Origin: Malacoraja senta
Lineage: Eukaryota
Assembly (NCBI GenBank): GCA_038087875.1
Contig: CM075992.1
Location: 560,001-624,000, forward strand
Direction: 5' to 3'
Length of the DNA stretch: 64,000 nucleotides
Notes under the pieces: generated by a model
Seen by the model: the letters and a program-made list of their open reading frames with translations, nothing else
Told to the model about the DNA's origin: nothing
The model's database searches: none
Program-made: the position numbers and the translations under genes
Part shown: piece after piece, positions 60,001 through 64,000 of the stretch
How the letters are laid out: each line of letters opens with the position of its first letter
Position numbering within the stretch: the first letter of the stretch is position 1

Positions 60001-63000
60001 CTGCAAACATGGGATAAGGGGATATAAAGACGATAGAAAGGCTGAGACAGAGAGATGCAGAACAGACTGGCTGGGTGTCGGGGAAGAGGTGAGTGGGGCA
60101 AGGCTGGAGGGAGGGACGGAGGTGGTTGGAGGGGACAGAGGTGGTCAGAAGGAGGGAGGGGGAAGGTCAAGATGGGGCAGGAGGAATGGGATGGTTATGA
60201 GGGTGGGGGGAGATGGACAAAGTGGGTGGAGGTGGGTGGAGGTTGCAGTGGGTGGAAGGAAGGAAGGAGGGTGAAAGTTGAAGGGGTGGGGATGCCTGGA
60301 GGGGGCATTAAGAGGGAGGGGGAAGTTGAAGTGCGGGAGGGAGGTGGACAGTTGAGGGGGTCGAGGTAGGGAGGGGTACAGAGGTTATTGACGTTTGGAG
60401 GGTAACAAGGGAGGGAGGGAGGAAGGGATATGGTTGGGTAGGGCAGAGGGTGGAGGGAGGGTTGATGAGACAGTTGGAGTGGCTCGGAAGGGAAGTGAGG
60501 ATGGTTGAGGGGACTGAGGGAGGGGTGAATAGGTCCAGGGGGGGGAGGGTGTAGAGGGGTGGGGGCTGCAGCTGAGGGTGGATTAGTGGCGAGGGAGGAA
60601 TAGGAGAATGGAAGTGAGACGGCCATTGGGAGGAGAGTCAGTAGGCCAGAGGGGAGGGTTGTGGGCTGAGGGATGGGAGGAGTGTGGAGAGGAGGGATGG
60701 AGGGAGGAAAGCTGGCCAGTGGGAGACTGGACAAAGGGAGAATGTGGATTTGCATGGATGGGGGAGAGGAATGGACTGGGAGTTACATGGGGGTTTGGAG
60801 GTGGGATATGGGGGAGTGTGTACTGTCGAAAGATGAGGGGGTGGGGGTCTCTATCCCGCTTTATTCGTTGACAACCTTCCGTATCATACAAACTCTGCCA
60901 GGTTTTGCATTGTCTGCTTAACTGACTAATCAGCCCAGGAGCAGTAATCTGAACAAATGGAGTTATTAATGAGGGGTGACAGTACTACTGTTGATCAGAT
61001 CTGAATGTTTGTGGGACTTGCAGAAGGCACTGATGTTGATTGCCAGTGGCACTGGCAGATAGTTCAGTTGGAAATTAAGTGTGTTGCTAGACTTAGCTTT
61101 AGTAGCACTTATACGACTGAGTCATTTGCTTTGAACTCTCATCCTCATGAACTCCGACAGTGAGTTGCTTTTGTAAAAGGTGTGTCTTCGTGCTCTGCGT
61201 CAGTCCTTACCTGTGTGTGACATTGTCAGAGTTAAACAGTGGTTAGCCAATATGGAAATAAACATCCTCCTGTTGGACTATATTAGTCAGGTGGATGGGA
61301 CAGGAATTTTGCCTTGAGGCACTGCCAGCAGTCAGATTGCCCTTCATCGGATAAATTACTCCATTCCAAGAATTGTCTTCCCACATCCTAGGCATGGTAC
61401 TGATGGTGAGTAAATAAGGTAGAAATGGGTCGAAACACCACTAATTCCTTTTCTCCAGAGATGCTGCCTGACCCGCTGAGTTACTCCAACTGTTTGTGTC
61501 TATCCACAATGGAAACAATTGATGTGTTTTGAAATGTGTGTCGGTGTGACATCTTGGTTTAGTTTTACTGCTTAGATTAAGAGGCATGAAATTGATGACA
61601 TAGTATTGCGAGGAGAGCTAGATTATGGAGGAATGGCGTGCAATCTGACACTTGTTGTACCAGTCTGTATTTAGTGGACTGAGATTAGCTTTGACATACA
61701 ATATGTAGTTTGCAATAGATGTCGGCTTGGGAGAGGAGTACATAAGTCCTTACTGTTGGAAAGAATGAACAAGACTGTTGCTGACAGAGGGAAAATTGTT
61801 ACATAAATTACGTGGAGAAATAATATCACAAATGTCCCATTGTCAACTGAATGGCGCCTCTGTGATTTTTTTTTCCCCCCAATATCATTCGACTTTCATT
61901 TCTGTGGAGTATTCAATAGATTTGAGAGAGGAGGGACTACTTAAACTCTGGTCATTTTGTTCCATGTATGCAATATTAAAGAAACCCCCACCATTATTAA
62001 AGGCTGGAGATGCAAGAAATTGCAGATGCTGAAATCTGGAGGCTAGCAGGTCAGGCAGCATCTGTGGGGCAGTGAGGTGGGAGAATAGGAATGAATGGTT
62101 GACGTTTCAACCCTATCGTCAACCACTGATTACCTACCCCCAGCTCACATATGCTGCCTAAACTGCTGAGTTATGCCAGTAGCCCGTTTATAATGAAACA
62201 CAACAGATCGCGTTTTTAATGTTGCAACAAAATGCCAATCTGTCGTCCTGCACTAAAGCAAAATGTTGAAATGAGTCCACACATTTTGGAATCCAAACAC
62301 AAAATAATTCTCTTTATTCTTGCATCCATTCCTTGCACAAAGCATATTATGTTATTTGACCTGAAGGTTTAGAATTTAAATCAGCAGTGGGAATGCTGGC
62401 TGTTTGTTTTAAATGCTGCTAATTATGGAATGTTGGGTTCATATAGGCCATGGTGTCACCTTTCTAATGTATCTCCCATGTTAGCTGCTTACAAGCCAAC
62501 TTCCAATTTGGGATCCATGATTACTGCCTGTGTGTGTGTGTGTGTGTGTGTGTGGTTCTAAGTCAGATATTTTCCTAGGTTCAGTATTATTCTTAAATTG
62601 TCTGCAGCTTCAGAATAAAGCCAATATCCATCAGATTCCTTGGGTAAAAGTTAGAATGATTGTCACAGCCTAGTTTTGTACTGGAATGTGTGAAGTGTAT
62701 CAAATGTTGATGTTCGTTTAGCATGTGATAGACAAATGAACGTTTTAAGCATAGTTTTTAAGAAATCTAACTTGTTCCAGTGTCCTGAAATGCCGGTAGC
62801 AGGGCTGTACTTGCATTTCTGTGTTAGGAGGCGCAGTAACCTTCATTTTCTCTATGGCATTGATAAATGGTGCTGTAGGAGCACTAAACTAGTTTCTTGA
62901 ATGCGTAACTGACAGAGCTTCCTTTTGAATATTTTCCCCAAATATACAGTAAAAGGCTTGGTCAGTAGGGGGTAGGCGCAAGGAACTGCAGATGCTGATT

Positions 63001-64000
63001 TACAAAAGTCACAGAGTGCTGGAGTAACTCAGCGGGTCAGGCAGCATCCCTGGAGAACATAGATAGATGACATTGTGTGTTGGGACCCTTCAGAAGGTCA
63101 CCTATCCATGTTCTCCATGGATGCTGTCTGACCCACTGAGTTACTCCAGCACTCTGTGCCTTTTTGTGGTCAGTAACGGAGTGAGAACCCCTTTTGCAAT
63201 ACATTTTCCTAACAGTTTTTGGCGCAGCAAAATTCCCCGTATGCATGGCCACTGGTATAAATTACTCAGGATGACCATGGGCACAATATCCACAAAATAT
63301 GCCTTGTTGGTTTTAAAGTGTACGTGTGGTTTCAGCACAACTCTATTCCAGCAGCTCTGACACGGCTGGTTGCAGGTTAACACGATCAAGGGGTACATCC
63401 CATTCCAAGTATTCACTTTGTATGTCCCACGCCTCCACTTTGATGCTGCTTGATCTCTGCTGGCCAATAAATATATCTATTGCGTTCTCTGTATTTTCAA
63501 TATCCAATCTTGTTAATGTCAGCTGGGAGCTTTATTGGGCAGTAATAATGTGCTAGATTGATTATGCTTGAGGGTGCTGTTTTGCTGGGCGGCAATCATC
63601 TTACATTTTGATTCATAATTTTAAAAGCTGCATTGTAGCTGTTTACTTTATGTAAGAAGGCAAGTTTTATCTGGTCCACATTACCCTTGGTGCCTGAGCT
63701 TCATAAAGATCCTTGTCTCTGATTGACCTTCCTGATTATCCTCTTGTCCAGAAATCTGTCAATACCTGCTGTGAACCTGCTACTCAGTGGTTCAGTATCC
63801 ATTACCTCTGAAGCCTCAGAGCACCAGGGACCCAGGTTTGATCGTGACATCTCTCTGTATGAAGTGCTGGCTGTGTGAGTTTGCACATACTCCCTGTGAC
63901 CATGTGGGTTTCCTCCAGGTGCTCCCGTTTCCTCCCACATCCCAAAGACATGGGATAACTGAACCAACGTTGAAGGGTGATCGAAGGTCGGCTTGGACTC

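Noticed and set aside
58093..60274. Long ORFs of 150-295 aa in the ORF track
   Set aside because: They arise from minisatellite and GA-rich low-complexity DNA and have no recognisable domain.

Overview
Repeat-dense vertebrate genomic DNA, most likely from a cartilaginous fish such as a skate or ray (inferred from the HE1-like tRNA-derived SINEs and CR1/HER1-like LINEs). It has two 200-N assembly gaps. Genes: (1) Eight in-phase minus-strand exons of a CAMSAP gene, best matching CAMSAP3 (CH-domain region, 11518 down to 434), including a 33-nt CPTKWYWKLVP microexon. The gene continues past the left edge, and I could not find its first two coding exons in the window. (2) A minus-strand Tctex1-domain dynein light chain gene (about 52400 to 44727) whose main exon carries two opposite 1-nt indels, so it is either a pseudogene or contains consensus errors. 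(3) A CpG-rich promoter with twin CRE sites and a first exon of an unidentified plus-strand gene at about 59050-59491. The rest is SINEs, CR1, Rex/Babar and Tx1-like LINE fragments, Tc1 derivatives, a TIR element and minisatellites. The most notable non-genic signal is a very abundant short Penelope-associated element carrying a minimal hammerhead-ribozyme core (CTGAAGA-stem-GAAAC-GTC). It occurs as TSD-flanked inserts, hairpins, tandem arrays and a duplicated composite. Repeat boundaries are approximate, read by eye.
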